Shown: positions 10,121 through 19,758, numbered from the stretch's first letter. The stretch: DNA of 64,000 nucleotides from an uncultured Parabacteroides sp. (GCA_910577325.1 CAJTMR010000002.1:558-64557); one strand, 5' to 3'. The notes: generated by a model from the sequence alone, not told the origin. Made by a program: numbers and translations.

Positions 10121-12460
10121 TTATTTTACTTCGAATAATATTGTCTTTCGATTGCCTTGGTCGTCGATTAAAGTCAGGCGGTGTTTGCCGTGCGAAGCAG
10201 AACAACTGATTTGGTGATGGTCTGTCGTTTTGTCTATATAAGTGTTGTCGAGATGCCAGTAGAGGATGGCATCCGGACGGGCGTGGGCGGCTTTGAACAC
10301 GAATTGTTCCCGTTTCTCGGAAAAACCTTTCGGAAGATAGAGGATGGCGTTATGCTCCGGATAGATCAGTTCGATCTGGCGACTCCGGTCCTCGTTGCAT
10401 CCAGGTTTCACCGGAGGCAGGGGCATGTAGTCGATATGATAGTTCTGGTAATAATATTCTTCGGCAGGTGGCAATACGAACCACGGGCGTGTGGTCATCT
10501 GGTTGACCGATTCGCAAGAACTATTTACCCGAAAACGACCATCGGCAGAAAGATGGACAAGCTGGTGGTAAGGACAAACTTCCGTCTTGTCGGCCGATCG
10601 AGGCATATAGAGTGTGTCCACTTGGTCGCAGATCGCAGAAGCCTTGTGCCCGCTGAGTCGGCAGATCGCCATCGGTTCGAGTTCGTCGTAAGGCACGTCG
10701 AACCAGCTGTTTCCCGGAAGCAGCGAGAACAGATCGAATAGGACAGGAGCGGCATAGCCTACTCCTGTCAATCCCGGCCGACCTTCTCCCGAAGCGTTTC
10801 CCGCCCATACACCTACTGTATAGCGTGGAGTCGTTCCGATTGCCCAGGCATCCCGTTCGCCGTAGCTCGTTCCTGTTTTCCAGGCTACTTGTTTCATGGA
10901 ACCGAACTGTTGCCAATCCGCTTCTTCTTCGGGGCGGTTCAGTGTCGACATCGCTTCGAAAGTGAACCAGATGGCTGCGGCGGAGAGGAGCGTTTTGTCT
11001 GCAAGCCTTTTGTCGGCGACGGATCGGATTGGATCAGGCGGAGGAGTTGGGAAAGGCGTGAGCGGATGGATATCAGCCGGATTGTACCGTCCGTTGTAAG
11101 TCCGGTAATGTGCGAGCGTACGTGCCAAGGAAGCATACATGCCAATGAGGTCCCACAGTGTCCCTTCAGCTCCTCCTAAGATCAGGGAAGCTCCGTAATG
11201 CTCTTCGGAGAAACGGAGCGTGGTCATTCCCAACTCTTTCAATAGAGACATGAACCGTCCTGTGTTGTATGCTGAGAGCATTCGTACCAGTGGGACATTG
11301 AGCGAACGTTCGATTGCCCGGTGTGCCGGGACCACCCCGCAGAATGTCTTGTTATAGTTTTGCGGCGAGAAGCCGTTCAGGTTGAGCGGCACGTCCGGCA
11401 CGAGCGTGTTGGGGAGTAACTGTCCGTCATGCAGCATGGCGGCGTACAGGAAAGGTTTCAGTATACTACCCGTGCTGCGTGGCGACGTGATTATGTCGAC
11501 CTGGTTCCCTTTGCGGTTATCGGCCTTGAAGGTGACATTTCCGGCATAGGCGAGCACTTCTCCTGTTTCGGTATCGGCGATGAGAGCGGCCAAGTTATGG
11601 ATATGGTTGGAGGCATAGTCACGTGCGTAGCGGTTCACAGTCTCCTGTACCAAGCGTTGCAGTTTCTGTTTAACGGAGGTCGTGATGCGTGTTCCGGGAG
11701 TATCGGCAGCCAACCGTTCAAGCAGGTGGGGCGCGTCGTCGGGTAGGGGCAGGGGTGCTTCGGGAAGCGGTTCGAGGAGCGATAATTCGTATTCGGTTTT
11801 GTCGATAAACCCTTGTTCCTTCAATGTGGTTAGGAGCTTGTCACGCTTGGCTTTCAGCCGTTCCCGGTTACGTCCGGGGTGGATCAGGGCTGGTGAGTTG
11901 GGCAGGACGGCAAGCGTGGCGTTTTCGGCCCACGAAAGGGTTGATACACTTCGTCCGAAATAACGCCAAGCTGCCGCTTCGATACCTACGACATTGCCGC
12001 CGAAGGGGGCGTGCGAGGCGTAAAGGTTCAGGATTTCTTTCTTGTTGCGACTGGTTTCCAGCAGGAGAGCGTAGCCGGTCTCGACTATCTTTTCGTAAAA
12101 GGTACGGTTGCGGTTACCCCGTGCGATCCGTGCCAGTTGCATGGTGATCGTGCTACCTCCGCTAACGACCTTGCCACGGCGCAGGTTGGTCCGCATAGCA
12201 CGGACGATGGCTACAGGGTCTATCCCGGGATGCAGGTAAAAGCGTTTGTCCTCGTATGCCAGCAGGCAGGTGACGAATTTGTCTGGGAGGCTGTCCGCTG
12301 GAGGAAAACGCCATTGTCCGTCCGGTGCGATCCGTGCTCCCAAGAGTTGCCTTTCGGAAGAATAAAGCAAGGTGGAACAGGCCTCAGGAAAGAGTGTCCG
12401 TGGGCCGATCAGGTATGAGAATATTCCTATTAGCAATTTTATGATAATCAGAGAAAACAT
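10121..12460 (-). CDS. pbpC: Penicillin-binding protein 1C
   Basis: Transglycosylase motifs EDKRFYLHPGIDP and SGGSTITMQLAR; transpeptidase motifs SILK, SLN, KTG; C-terminal BiPBP_C-like domain. Confidence 0.93.
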   Translation of the reverse strand: MFSLIIIKLLIGIFSYLIGPRTLFPEACSTLLYSSERQLLGARIAPDGQWRFPPADSLPDKFVTCLLAYEDKRFYLHPGIDPVAIVRAMRTNLRRGKVVSGGSTITMQLARIARGNRNRTFYEKIVETGYALLLETSRNKKEILNLYASHAPFGGNVVGIEAAAWRYFGRSVSTLSWAENATLAVLPNSPALIHPGRNRERLKAKRDKLLTTLKEQGFIDKTEYELSLLEPLPEAPLPLPDDAPHLLERLAADTPGTRITTSVKQKLQRLVQETVNRYARDYASNHIHNLAALIADTETGEVLAYAGNVTFKADNRKGNQVDIITSPRSTGSILKPFLYAAMLHDGQLLPNTLVPDVPLNLNGFSPQNYNKTFCGVVPAHRAIERSLNVPLVRMLSAYNTGRFMSLLKELGMTTLRFSEEHYGASLILGGAEGTLWDLIGMYASLARTLAHYRTYNGRYNPADIHPLTPFPTPPPDPIRSVADKRLADKTLLSAAAIWFTFEAMSTLNRPEEEADWQQFGSMKQVAWKTGTSYGERDAWAIGTTPRYTVGVWAGNASGEGRPGLTGVGYAAPVLFDLFSLLPGNSWFDVPYDELEPMAICRLSGHKASAICDQVDTLYMPRSADKTEVCPYHQLVHLSADGRFRVNSSCESVNQMTTRPWFVLPPAEEYYYQNYHIDYMPLPPVKPGCNEDRSRQIELIYPEHNAILYLPKGFSEKREQFVFKAAHARPDAILYWHLDNTYIDKTTDHHQISCSASHGKHRLTLIDDQGNRKTILFEVK

Positions 12461-12756
12461 ACGGCGTATGATGGTTTAGTTGTCCTCTTAATTTTAACAG
12501 CAAAGGTACGGTAAAAAGTTTGTTGTTATTGCTTTATCTGGATGAAAGTGTTCTTTGCCGCTTTGGCCGAGTGGCAAGATGCCATTTATGCTTAAATCAC
12601 TACAAGTATTATATGATTGATAATGTGATTTTTATGTTTACATGGGCAAGAAAAACAGCCATCGGCGAAACGGGGGCGTTTAAATATAAAACGACCTTTT
12701 TCGCCGAATAAGATGCAAAAACAAGGCATAAAAACACCTCCAACACGGCGGATAAA

Positions 12757-12844
12757 CATCTGCACACCCCCGTAAAGGTCTCGTGCAGACCCGGGTCTGC
12801 ACCTCTTTCGCACCCGGGTCTACATAGTGGGTACACCCGGGTCT
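12757..12844. repeat. 23-bp-period repeat with ACCCGGGTCT core
   Basis: ACCCGGGTCT at 12789, 12812 and 12835; perfect 20-bp palindrome GTGCAGACCCGGGTCTGCAC at 12783-12802. Confidence 0.8.
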
Positions 12845-13071
12845 CAAGCGGCTTTAAAAGCTGTTTTTGACAAAAGAAAAGCCTGTCTTGATGAAAAAAG
12901 AAGCCGTTTTAACAGTTTTTGCACCTGTTCCCGGACGGTCTCTGTTTTTATCGTATGATTGATACACAGGATATTATCGTTTTACACCATGATGGTTATG
13001 ATAGATGAATGATAGTTCAAAACGGCTACTATCATTCCATAATATATTGGTTTAAACCGATATACAGACGG

Positions 13072-13174
13072 ATATGATAGTATGATAGTTGTTTTTGCAA
13101 AAACATTCATGTAGTTAGTCCGCATCGGTGGCGAAAACGGATGGACGCTTTATGATTTTGGTACGGTTGCCCTG
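13072..13174 (-). repeat. Dispersed ~100-bp repeat, copy A
   Basis: Reverse complement aligns along its length with 32539-32640 (CAGGGCAACCG..CCAAAATCATAAAGCGTCCATCCG..AATGTTTTTGCAAAAACAACTATCATACT). Confidence 0.9.
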
Positions 13175-13246
13175 ACTTTTTACCATAATAATGAAATAAT
13201 TTCCAAAATAAAATCATATCTTTGGCACACTCTAATTTAATAGACC

Positions 13247-14188
13247 ATGATAAATAGAAGAAATTTTTTGAAAAATGCATCCCTGTTTACGTTGGGTGGC
13301 CTGATGGCCGGTAAGGCAGGAGATGCTGTTGCAGCACAGTCTGCGACAGCTTTTGTCGCCTCGAAAGCGGCAGTTAAGAATATCGGTTTACAAATCTATT
13401 CTTTGGGCAATGAGTTGTATGAGGATGTTCCGGAAGGAATGAAAAAACTGAAAAAGATGGGTTATCAGACCATTGAACTTGCCGGTTATGGCAAGGGTAA
13501 GATCCGTGATATCGAATTGATGGACTTTAAGAAGATGGCGACCGATGCTGGTATCAGTATCTTGAGTTCGCATGTGAATCCTCCTGTTTACGAGTACACG
13601 AAAAACAATCTGAATACAATAAAGGAATTCTGGAAGAAGACGGCTGACGACCATGCCAAGTTGGGTGTGAAATATTTGGTTCAGCCTGGCCAGCCCAGTA
13701 CTCGTAATGTGGAGGAAACGAAATATGTCTGTGAGGTTTTCAATGAGGTTGGAGAGATTGTGAAAGCGGCCGGTATACCGTTTGGTTATCATAATCACGA
13801 TATGGAATTTGCTAAAGTGGTTTCTGGAGGCAAGGAAATGAAATTCGGACGTAACAACAAGGGAGAAAAGGTGTATGACATCTTTTTGGCAAATACTGAC
13901 CCATCATTGGTTTTCTTTGAGATGGATGTTTATTGGGCTGTTATGGGTCAGCAGGATCCGGTCGAATATCTCACGAAATATGCCGACCGTATCAAAGTAC
14001 TCCATATCAAAGACCGCTATGTCTTGGGAGATTCCGGCATGATGAATTTCGAGCAGATATTTAAGCATTTCTATGTAAACGGGCATAAAGATTTTTTTGT
14101 GGAAATGGAAGGTACGGGTAGCGGCCATCAGTTTGAAGGTGTGAGAAAGAGTGCCGATTACTTGCTGAAATCTTCGTTCGTAAAATAA
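13247..14188 (+). CDS. Tat-exported sugar phosphate isomerase/epimerase (TIM barrel, IolE/XylA-like)
   Basis: Twin-arginine signal NRRNFLK; IGLQIYS, GYHNHDMEF, FEMDVYW, LHIKD motifs; TATCTTTG promoter at 13217-13224. Confidence 0.9.
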   Translation: MINRRNFLKNASLFTLGGLMAGKAGDAVAAQSATAFVASKAAVKNIGLQIYSLGNELYEDVPEGMKKLKKMGYQTIELAGYGKGKIRDIELMDFKKMATDAGISILSSHVNPPVYEYTKNNLNTIKEFWKKTADDHAKLGVKYLVQPGQPSTRNVEETKYVCEVFNEVGEIVKAAGIPFGYHNHDMEFAKVVSGGKEMKFGRNNKGEKVYDIFLANTDPSLVFFEMDVYWAVMGQQDPVEYLTKYADRIKVLHIKDRYVLGDSGMMNFEQIFKHFYVNGHKDFFVEMEGTGSGHQFEGVRKSADYLLKSSFVK

Positions 14189-14291
14189 TATCTGAATTAA
14201 GGATTGAAAAATTTGAAGTTGGGAAGATGCGTCAATCTTTTGGATCACTTGAATTTCTATATTTATTCGCATTAGCCTCCCCTCAAAAAAA

Positions 14292-14373
14292 GAGGTTGTG
14301 TCAAAAAAATGAACTGCACCCCAAAAGTTAGACACCAAACTTTTGGGGCTGTTCACTTTTGGACAGCCCCTTT
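14292..14373. mobile_element. Nested non-autonomous IS-end hairpin (MITE-like scar)
   Basis: Inner TGAACTGCACCCCAAAAGTT..AACTTTTGGGGCTGTTCA with TG..CA ends (IS3/IS150-type TIR look), inside outer GAGGTTGTGTCAAAA..TTTTGGACAGCCCC; no transposase. Confidence 0.6.
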
Positions 14374-14459
14374 CTATCAATTATGAGAATAATTCCGATT
14401 ACATGATATCGCGTTCACGTATGCCTTGGTCGGGTTACAGCGTTGTTGAGTTGTGGATG

Positions 14460-15005
14460 TTACAAAAGTAATCCTGCCGCCACCTCTTCTTCAATCGCAT
14501 CATTCTTGATGGCTGCGACTAAGGCAAGAGCGAAATTCATGACTACTCCGGGACCTTTGCCGGTTATCACGTTGTCGGAAACTTCAACGGCTTCACTTGT
14601 GACGTTCGCGCCGATCAGTTTCGGTTCAAAACCGGGATAGCAGGTTGCGTTACGGCCTTTTAATAGGCCGAGTCCGCCCAATACCATAGGAGCTGCACAG
14701 ATTGCTGCCACGATACGACCTTCGCGGTATTGTTGTAGCAATGCTTTTTTGACTGTCTCCGAATTATTCAGGTTCGATGCGCCTGGCATACCTCCAGGGA
14801 GAATAAGGGCATCGGCATCGTTTAACAGGGCATTGTCCAATATCGTGTCGGCAATGACCGGTACATTGTGTGCACCGATGACTATAGGATCGGCCGTGAT
14901 GGAAACAGTTGTAACTTCGATTCCGCCACGACGCAGAATATCGACAGTACCCAAGGCTTCCATTTCTTCGAACCCGTTAGCTAAGAATACAATTGCTTTT
15001 TTCAT
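14460..15005 (-). CDS. DJ-1/PfpI (YajL/ThiJ) family protein deglycase
   Basis: FLANGFEEMEA, LILPGGMPGA, AAICAAP, ATCYPGFE. Confidence 0.93.
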   Translation of the reverse strand: MKKAIVFLANGFEEMEALGTVDILRRGGIEVTTVSITADPIVIGAHNVPVIADTILDNALLNDADALILPGGMPGASNLNNSETVKKALLQQYREGRIVAAICAAPMVLGGLGLLKGRNATCYPGFEPKLIGANVTSEAVEVSDNVITGKGPGVVMNFALALVAAIKNDAIEEEVAAGLLL

Positions 15006-15012
15006 ATTGTTT

Positions 15013-15867
15013 TTATTTTAGTTTATACAGATAAGTGATCGTACCACTTTGGTTGTTCGCTCCGCTGATACTGTTGAACTTGGCTCGTTTGGCCGCATCC
15101 AAAGCACTTTTACGCATAGAACCGTTGTCGATATTGGTTCCCTTGCCTATTTCTGCGAATAAAACATTTCCTTTCGGATCTACCGTTATGTTGATTACGA
15201 TTCGTCCTTCTTCCTGGATCGTGTAGGCAGGACGGGGAAGTCCCCCTGCGCCGATTGAACGTCCGTTCAGGTTGAATGAGCCGTAACCTCCCACGCCTTC
15301 GTTGGCCCCGTGATCGGAATTACCGAACGGGCTACCTTGATTACCGGTTCCAGTTTTGGCATCTCCTTGGCTGTTACCTTCTTGACTGCCTATGCCGAAA
15401 GCTCCTGCGACCTTGTTGCTGATGGCCTGCTCTTTCTTGCGTCGCTCTTCCAAGAGACGTTTCCTTTCGGCTTCCTCTTTGCGGATACGTTCTTTTTCAG
15501 CTTCCTCTTTCCGTCTCTCTTCCTCTTCTTTCTTGCGTAGTTCTTCTTTCTCTTTTTTCTTTTTAGCTTCTTCGATCGCAACGCTTTCCTCCATATTCTG
15601 TGTTACCAGTTCTTCTTTGGGTGTTTCAACCTTCGGTTTGGGTACTGGAGGAGGGGGAGTAGTCGTTTCCTGAGGAGGCTCTTGTCCGGTATATTTAGGT
15701 TCGAATGTTCCTGCTGCAGCATTGACATTCCCGAAGTTCACCAGGATACCGCCATCCTCATCGGGCACAACGGTCTTTAGGACCGTAAGCCCCAGTATCA
15801 GCAGAATGAACAGGTGGAGAGCTATCGAACCGGCTATGCCGTATATGTCATCTTTATTTAATTTCAT
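15013..15867 (-). CDS. TonB/TolA-like energy transducer
   Basis: N-terminal TM with SxxxH, Pro-rich then K/E-rich coiled linker, TonB_C-like C-terminus; follows exbD. Confidence 0.85.
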   Translation of the reverse strand: MKLNKDDIYGIAGSIALHLFILLILGLTVLKTVVPDEDGGILVNFGNVNAAAGTFEPKYTGQEPPQETTTPPPPVPKPKVETPKEELVTQNMEESVAIEEAKKKKEKEELRKKEEEERRKEEAEKERIRKEEAERKRLLEERRKKEQAISNKVAGAFGIGSQEGNSQGDAKTGTGNQGSPFGNSDHGANEGVGGYGSFNLNGRSIGAGGLPRPAYTIQEEGRIVINITVDPKGNVLFAEIGKGTNIDNGSMRKSALDAAKRAKFNSISGANNQSGTITYLYKLK

Positions 15868-15940
15868 GATTTATGAATTATAATTTGTGAATTATGAATT
15901 ATGATTTATCATCGACACATAAATCATAATTCATAAATCT
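15868..15940. repeat. Heptamer (TTATGAA/TTATGAT) tandem-repeat hairpin
   Basis: GATTTATGAATTATAATTTGTGAATTATGAATTATGATTTAT..ATAAATCATAATTCATAAATC between exbD and tonB. Confidence 0.75.
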
Positions 15941-15943
15941 CAA

Positions 15944-16354
15944 CTATTTCTGCGCTCGTGTGGCAAGCACCATCTTGAATTTATTCTGGTTTGCGATGTT
16001 CAGAATACGCACGATTTCTTTATAAGGAACCGTTTCGTCTGCATATAAAGCTACAAACATCTCGGGCTCTTTTGCATAACTGTCTTGCAGGAATGGTGTG
16101 ATCTCTTCGAATGACACCCGTTTTTCCCGCTGGTTACCGAAAGCAACATAGTAATTCAGATTCGCATCTATCGTGACACGCGTGAGTGGCTTGGCCGCTG
16201 TCTGCTTTTGTGCCTGCGGGAGTGTCACCTTGATGGCGTTCGGAATTACCACTGTGGAGGTAACCATAAAGAAAATCAGCAGTAGAAATATAACGTCCGT
16301 CATGGAAGCCATGCTGAAGCTTTCATTTACTTTTGTTCTTCGTTTTAAAGCCAT
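15944..16354 (-). CDS. exbD: Biopolymer transporter ExbD
   Basis: SMTDVIFLLLIFFMV, ADETVPY. Confidence 0.92.
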   Translation of the reverse strand: MALKRRTKVNESFSMASMTDVIFLLLIFFMVTSTVVIPNAIKVTLPQAQKQTAAKPLTRVTIDANLNYYVAFGNQREKRVSFEEITPFLQDSYAKEPEMFVALYADETVPYKEIVRILNIANQNKFKMVLATRAQK

Positions 16355-16359
16355 AACAT

Positions 16360-16421
16360 TTGAGTTATGATTTATGATTTATGATTGTACCTGTCACGGG
16401 ATAAATCATAAATCATAAATC
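16360..16421. repeat. Heptamer (TTATGAT)n / (ATAAATC)n hairpin
   Basis: TTATGATTTATGATTTATGATT..ATAAATCATAAATCATAAATC between exbB and exbD. Confidence 0.75.
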
Positions 16422-16422
16422 T

Positions 16423-17133
16423 TTAGTTTGCAGGTTCGTTCAATAAGTCCATAAATTCCATGGTGCGGGCCTCCATTTTGTTTACCACATTGTCTACTTG
16501 TGAAACCAGATAGTTGTAAGCAAATAGGGTGATAATACCAACTACCAGACCGCCAACCGTTGTTACCAACGCTTCGTAGATACCCCCAGACAACAGGGAT
16601 ACGTCTACGTTCGTTCCGGCATTTGCCATATCGAAGAATGCGCGTACCATACCAGTCACCGTACCTAAGAACCCCAACATGGGAGCGCCGGCGGCTGTTG
16701 TGGCGATCAAAGGAAATCCTTTTTCGAGTTTGGCAATCTCTAAGTTACCCACATTCTCGATAGCCACCAGTACGTCGTTCATCGGGCGCCCCAGCCGGGT
16801 GATGCCTTTTTCGATCATACGGGCGGAGGGTGTGTTGGTGCTCCGGCACAAGTTTAGGGCCGAGTCGACCTTCCCTTCATGAATGTAGTCCTTGATACGG
16901 TTCATAAATGTTTCATCTTCCTTTCCGGCCCGACGGATGATCATCAGGCGCTGGATAAATATATAACATGCCATCAGTGACAATAACAATAAGACAACCA
17001 TAATCCACCCGCCCTTAAAAGCCAAATCGATTACATTGATTTCAGTTTCCGTGGGTGCTGTTACCGCCGTGAGGTCCGGCATCTGTTCTGCTGTTTGTGC
17101 CCCTACTGCCTGTAGGGAAAGTAAAATACTCAT
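16423..17133 (-). CDS. exbB: MotA/TolQ/ExbB proton channel
   Basis: APMLGFLGTVTGM, GGIYEALVTTVGGL. Confidence 0.93.
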   Translation of the reverse strand: MSILLSLQAVGAQTAEQMPDLTAVTAPTETEINVIDLAFKGGWIMVVLLLLSLMACYIFIQRLMIIRRAGKEDETFMNRIKDYIHEGKVDSALNLCRSTNTPSARMIEKGITRLGRPMNDVLVAIENVGNLEIAKLEKGFPLIATTAAGAPMLGFLGTVTGMVRAFFDMANAGTNVDVSLLSGGIYEALVTTVGGLVVGIITLFAYNYLVSQVDNVVNKMEARTMEFMDLLNEPAN

Positions 17134-17171
17134 ACCTATTCAATGAATAATTAAAAATGAATAATTAAGAA

Positions 17172-17897
17172 TTAAAGGGTTGTATCTTGTAAACAACCTT
17201 TATATAGTGAAATTGTTTCTTTCAGCCCGTAATAGAGAGCATCGCTGATCAAGGCATGGCCGATGGAAACTTCATCCAACTCAGGGATATTTTGATGGAA
17301 ATAGGTCAGGTTTTCCAAACTCAGGTCATGGCCGGCATTTACGCCTAATCCCAAATTCTTGGCAAGTTTGGCGGCGGCGATAAAGGGAGCTATCGCTTTT
17401 TCGCGGTTTATGGGATAGAGGGTTGCATAAGGTTCCGTGTATAATTCGATACGGTTGGTTCTTGTTTTGGCTGCGAATTTGATATTTTCAAGATCCGTTC
17501 CAACGAATATGGAAGTACGGATACCGTGTAAGGTGAAAATATCGATTAGTTCGCTCAACAACTCGAAATGAGCTTTTACATTCCAACCTGCATTTGAAGT
17601 GATCGCATCGGGGGCATCCGGTACAAGTGTCACCTGTGTTGGCTTTACTTTCAGAATCAAGTCTATAAACTTCTTACATGGATAACCTTCTATATTAAAT
17701 TCTGTTTTTATTTCTGATTTTAAGGTATATACATCCATGTACCGGATATGACGTTCGTCCGGTCTGGGATGAACGGTAATCCCTTGTGCACCGAAAGCTT
17801 CACAGTCTAATGCTACTTTTAATACGTTTGGAACATTGCCACCGCGTGCGTTACGAATGGTTGCGATCTTGTTAATGTTTACACTTAAATTTGTCAT
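17172..17897 (-). CDS. pdxJ: Pyridoxine 5'-phosphate synthase
   Basis: [43 protein letters not shown]. Confidence 0.96.
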   Translation of the reverse strand: MTNLSVNINKIATIRNARGGNVPNVLKVALDCEAFGAQGITVHPRPDERHIRYMDVYTLKSEIKTEFNIEGYPCKKFIDLILKVKPTQVTLVPDAPDAITSNAGWNVKAHFELLSELIDIFTLHGIRTSIFVGTDLENIKFAAKTRTNRIELYTEPYATLYPINREKAIAPFIAAAKLAKNLGLGVNAGHDLSLENLTYFHQNIPELDEVSIGHALISDALYYGLKETISLYKGCLQDTTL

Positions 17898-17982
17898 TGT
17901 ATATCGTTATATCTTTTTTCTTTCACTACATTTGCATAAAAGTATCGGCAAATTTAGCAGTATTTAGGGAATATACAGAAAA

Positions 17983-18642
17983 ATGTTGGTGAAAGATTTC
18001 ATAACGAAGGAAATTCCGGTGTTAAAAAGTTTTGACACCGGAGAATACGCATTGGCTTTGATGGATGATTTTAAGTTAAAGCATTTGCCATTGTTAAGCG
18101 AAGGCATCTACAGGTGTCTGGTTTCGGAAAAAGATTTATTGGCAATGGCAGACTTGACTACTATCATTGGAGATCCTGTCCTGTTTGCGCCGAGTGTTCA
18201 GGAAGATACCCATATCCATGAGGTGCTGGCGTTGTTTACCCGTTATCAGTTGAGCCTTCTTCCAGTCGTGAGTGAGGAGGGGGAATATTGCGGAGTCGTT
18301 ATGCGGGATAGATTGATCTATATTTTGTCCGAACTTTGTAATGCCGATACGTCCGGGAGTGTTTTTGTGTTGGAAGTGATGCCGCATGATTATTCGATGA
18401 CGGATATTGCCCGTTTGGTCGAGGCGAATAATGCGCATATCCTGAGCCTGCTTTCTTATACGGATAAGACGACTGGGCGATTGAATCTGATTATAAAGAT
18501 CGATCTGGAAGACGCTTCTCCTGTGATCTGGAGTTTTGAGCGTTTTAATTATACTGTCCTTTATTATTTCATGGAAAAGGGGATGGTGGACGACTTGCTG
18601 CAACAGCGAGTGGAAGAATTGGTCCGTTATATGAACATATAG
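17983..18642 (+). CDS. CBS domain-containing protein (AcuB-like)
   Basis: Tandem CBS-type motifs (KHLPLL, LLPVV) plus ACT-like C-terminus. Confidence 0.85.
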   Translation: MLVKDFITKEIPVLKSFDTGEYALALMDDFKLKHLPLLSEGIYRCLVSEKDLLAMADLTTIIGDPVLFAPSVQEDTHIHEVLALFTRYQLSLLPVVSEEGEYCGVVMRDRLIYILSELCNADTSGSVFVLEVMPHDYSMTDIARLVEANNAHILSLLSYTDKTTGRLNLIIKIDLEDASPVIWSFERFNYTVLYYFMEKGMVDDLLQQRVEELVRYMNI

Positions 18643-18659
18643 AAATTTGAAAATTGAGA

Positions 18660-19538
18660 ATGAAGAAGATTGGGGTTTTCGGGAGTGAATATCAGGCGGA
18701 CAAACTGCTTGTGATTAAGCGTTTATTTGAAAAACTGACTTCTTTGGGGGCAGAAGTTTTTGTAGATCGTGATTTTTTTCTTTTCCTTACGGATGTATTG
18801 AATTATGAACCGTCGGTATCGGGCATCCTGACAAGTGATGAATTCGATTTGGATGTGGCGTTGAGCTTGGGAGGGGACGGGACGTTCTTGCGTACGGCTG
18901 CACGTGTAAACAAGCAAGATATTCCCATTTTGGGTATCAACACTGGTCGTCTCGGTTTTCTGGCGGATGTGGCGAGCAATGATATAGAAGATACCCTGGA
19001 CGAATTATTTGAAAACTACTATAAGACGGAAGAACGTACTTTATTGCGCCTTCATACGGAAGATCGGGTGTTTCACGGTTATAATTATGCCTTGAATGAA
19101 ATTGCGATTCTGAAACGGGATACCTCTTCGATGATTACGATCCATACGGCACTTGATGGGGAATATCTGACCTCTTATCAGGCTGACGGTCTGGTTATTT
19201 CTACACCAACAGGTTCGACGGCTTATTCGATGAGTGTGAACGGCCCGATTATTATTCCACAAAGCAAAAATTTGGTATTGAGTCCGGTAGCGCCGCATTC
19301 ATTGAATGTCCGTCCACTGGTGGTTCCTGATTCCTTAACCATTACTCTGGGGGTGGAAAGCCGGAACAAATATTTTCTGATCGCCCTTGACGGACGTTCT
19401 GAGGTATTTCCGACTGGCATACAACTACGGGTGAGTAAAGCCGATTATACGACCAAAGTGATAAAACGATACAACCATACTTTTTATCAAACCCTACGTG
19501 AAAAGCTCATGTGGGGAGCTGATACAAGAATGAAATAG
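18660..19538 (+). CDS. nadK: NAD kinase
   Basis: SLGGDGTFL, GINTGRLGFL, ALNE, ADGLVISTPTGSTAYSMS. Confidence 0.97.
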   Translation: MKKIGVFGSEYQADKLLVIKRLFEKLTSLGAEVFVDRDFFLFLTDVLNYEPSVSGILTSDEFDLDVALSLGGDGTFLRTAARVNKQDIPILGINTGRLGFLADVASNDIEDTLDELFENYYKTEERTLLRLHTEDRVFHGYNYALNEIAILKRDTSSMITIHTALDGEYLTSYQADGLVISTPTGSTAYSMSVNGPIIIPQSKNLVLSPVAPHSLNVRPLVVPDSLTITLGVESRNKYFLIALDGRSEVFPTGIQLRVSKADYTTKVIKRYNHTFYQTLREKLMWGADTRMK

Positions 19539-19592
19539 GATTTCCACAGACTAAGGAAAAGGAATTTAGTAAGATATGATTGTTTTTAAAAT

Positions 19593-19684
19593 TATGTTTT
19601 ATAGCATAGTTTTGTTAAATGTGGTTAAGTGCGTTAATTTTCGAGTAAAAATATATGCTACATAACATAAAGTCCGTATATTTG
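19593..19684 (+). promoter_or_regulatory. sRNA promoter with two Cur/BT4338-like palindromes
   Basis: TATGTTTTATAGCATA (19593-19608) and TATGCTACATAACATA (19654-19669), 61 bp apart; -7 box TATATTTG at 19677-19684; same layout at 63507-63598. Confidence 0.7.
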
Positions 19685-19687
19685 CAC

Positions 19688-19758
19688 TGTGTTTTTCATG
19701 GTATTAGATTTAAGGTTAACAATGAAGATTGGCTGTCCGTGATGGATGGCCTTTTTTT
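19688..19758 (+). ncRNA. Putative paralogous sRNA, copy 1
   Basis: Own -7 box, ~70-nt body, GC stem plus T7 terminator; 55 nt identical to 63602-63656. Confidence 0.75.

Noticed and set aside
12520..12836. Three short ORFs (63-75 aa) in the pbpC upstream region
   Set aside because: They overlap each other, have no recognisable motifs, and derive from the repeat element.
12783..12844. Mini CRISPR array
   Set aside because: The 10-bp repeats and 13-bp spacers are far too short, there are only three units, and no cas genes are present.
17927..17956. Overlapping divergent promoters for pdxJ and the CBS gene
   Set aside because: Both TAnnTTTG boxes are present, but this arrangement is common in Bacteroidales.
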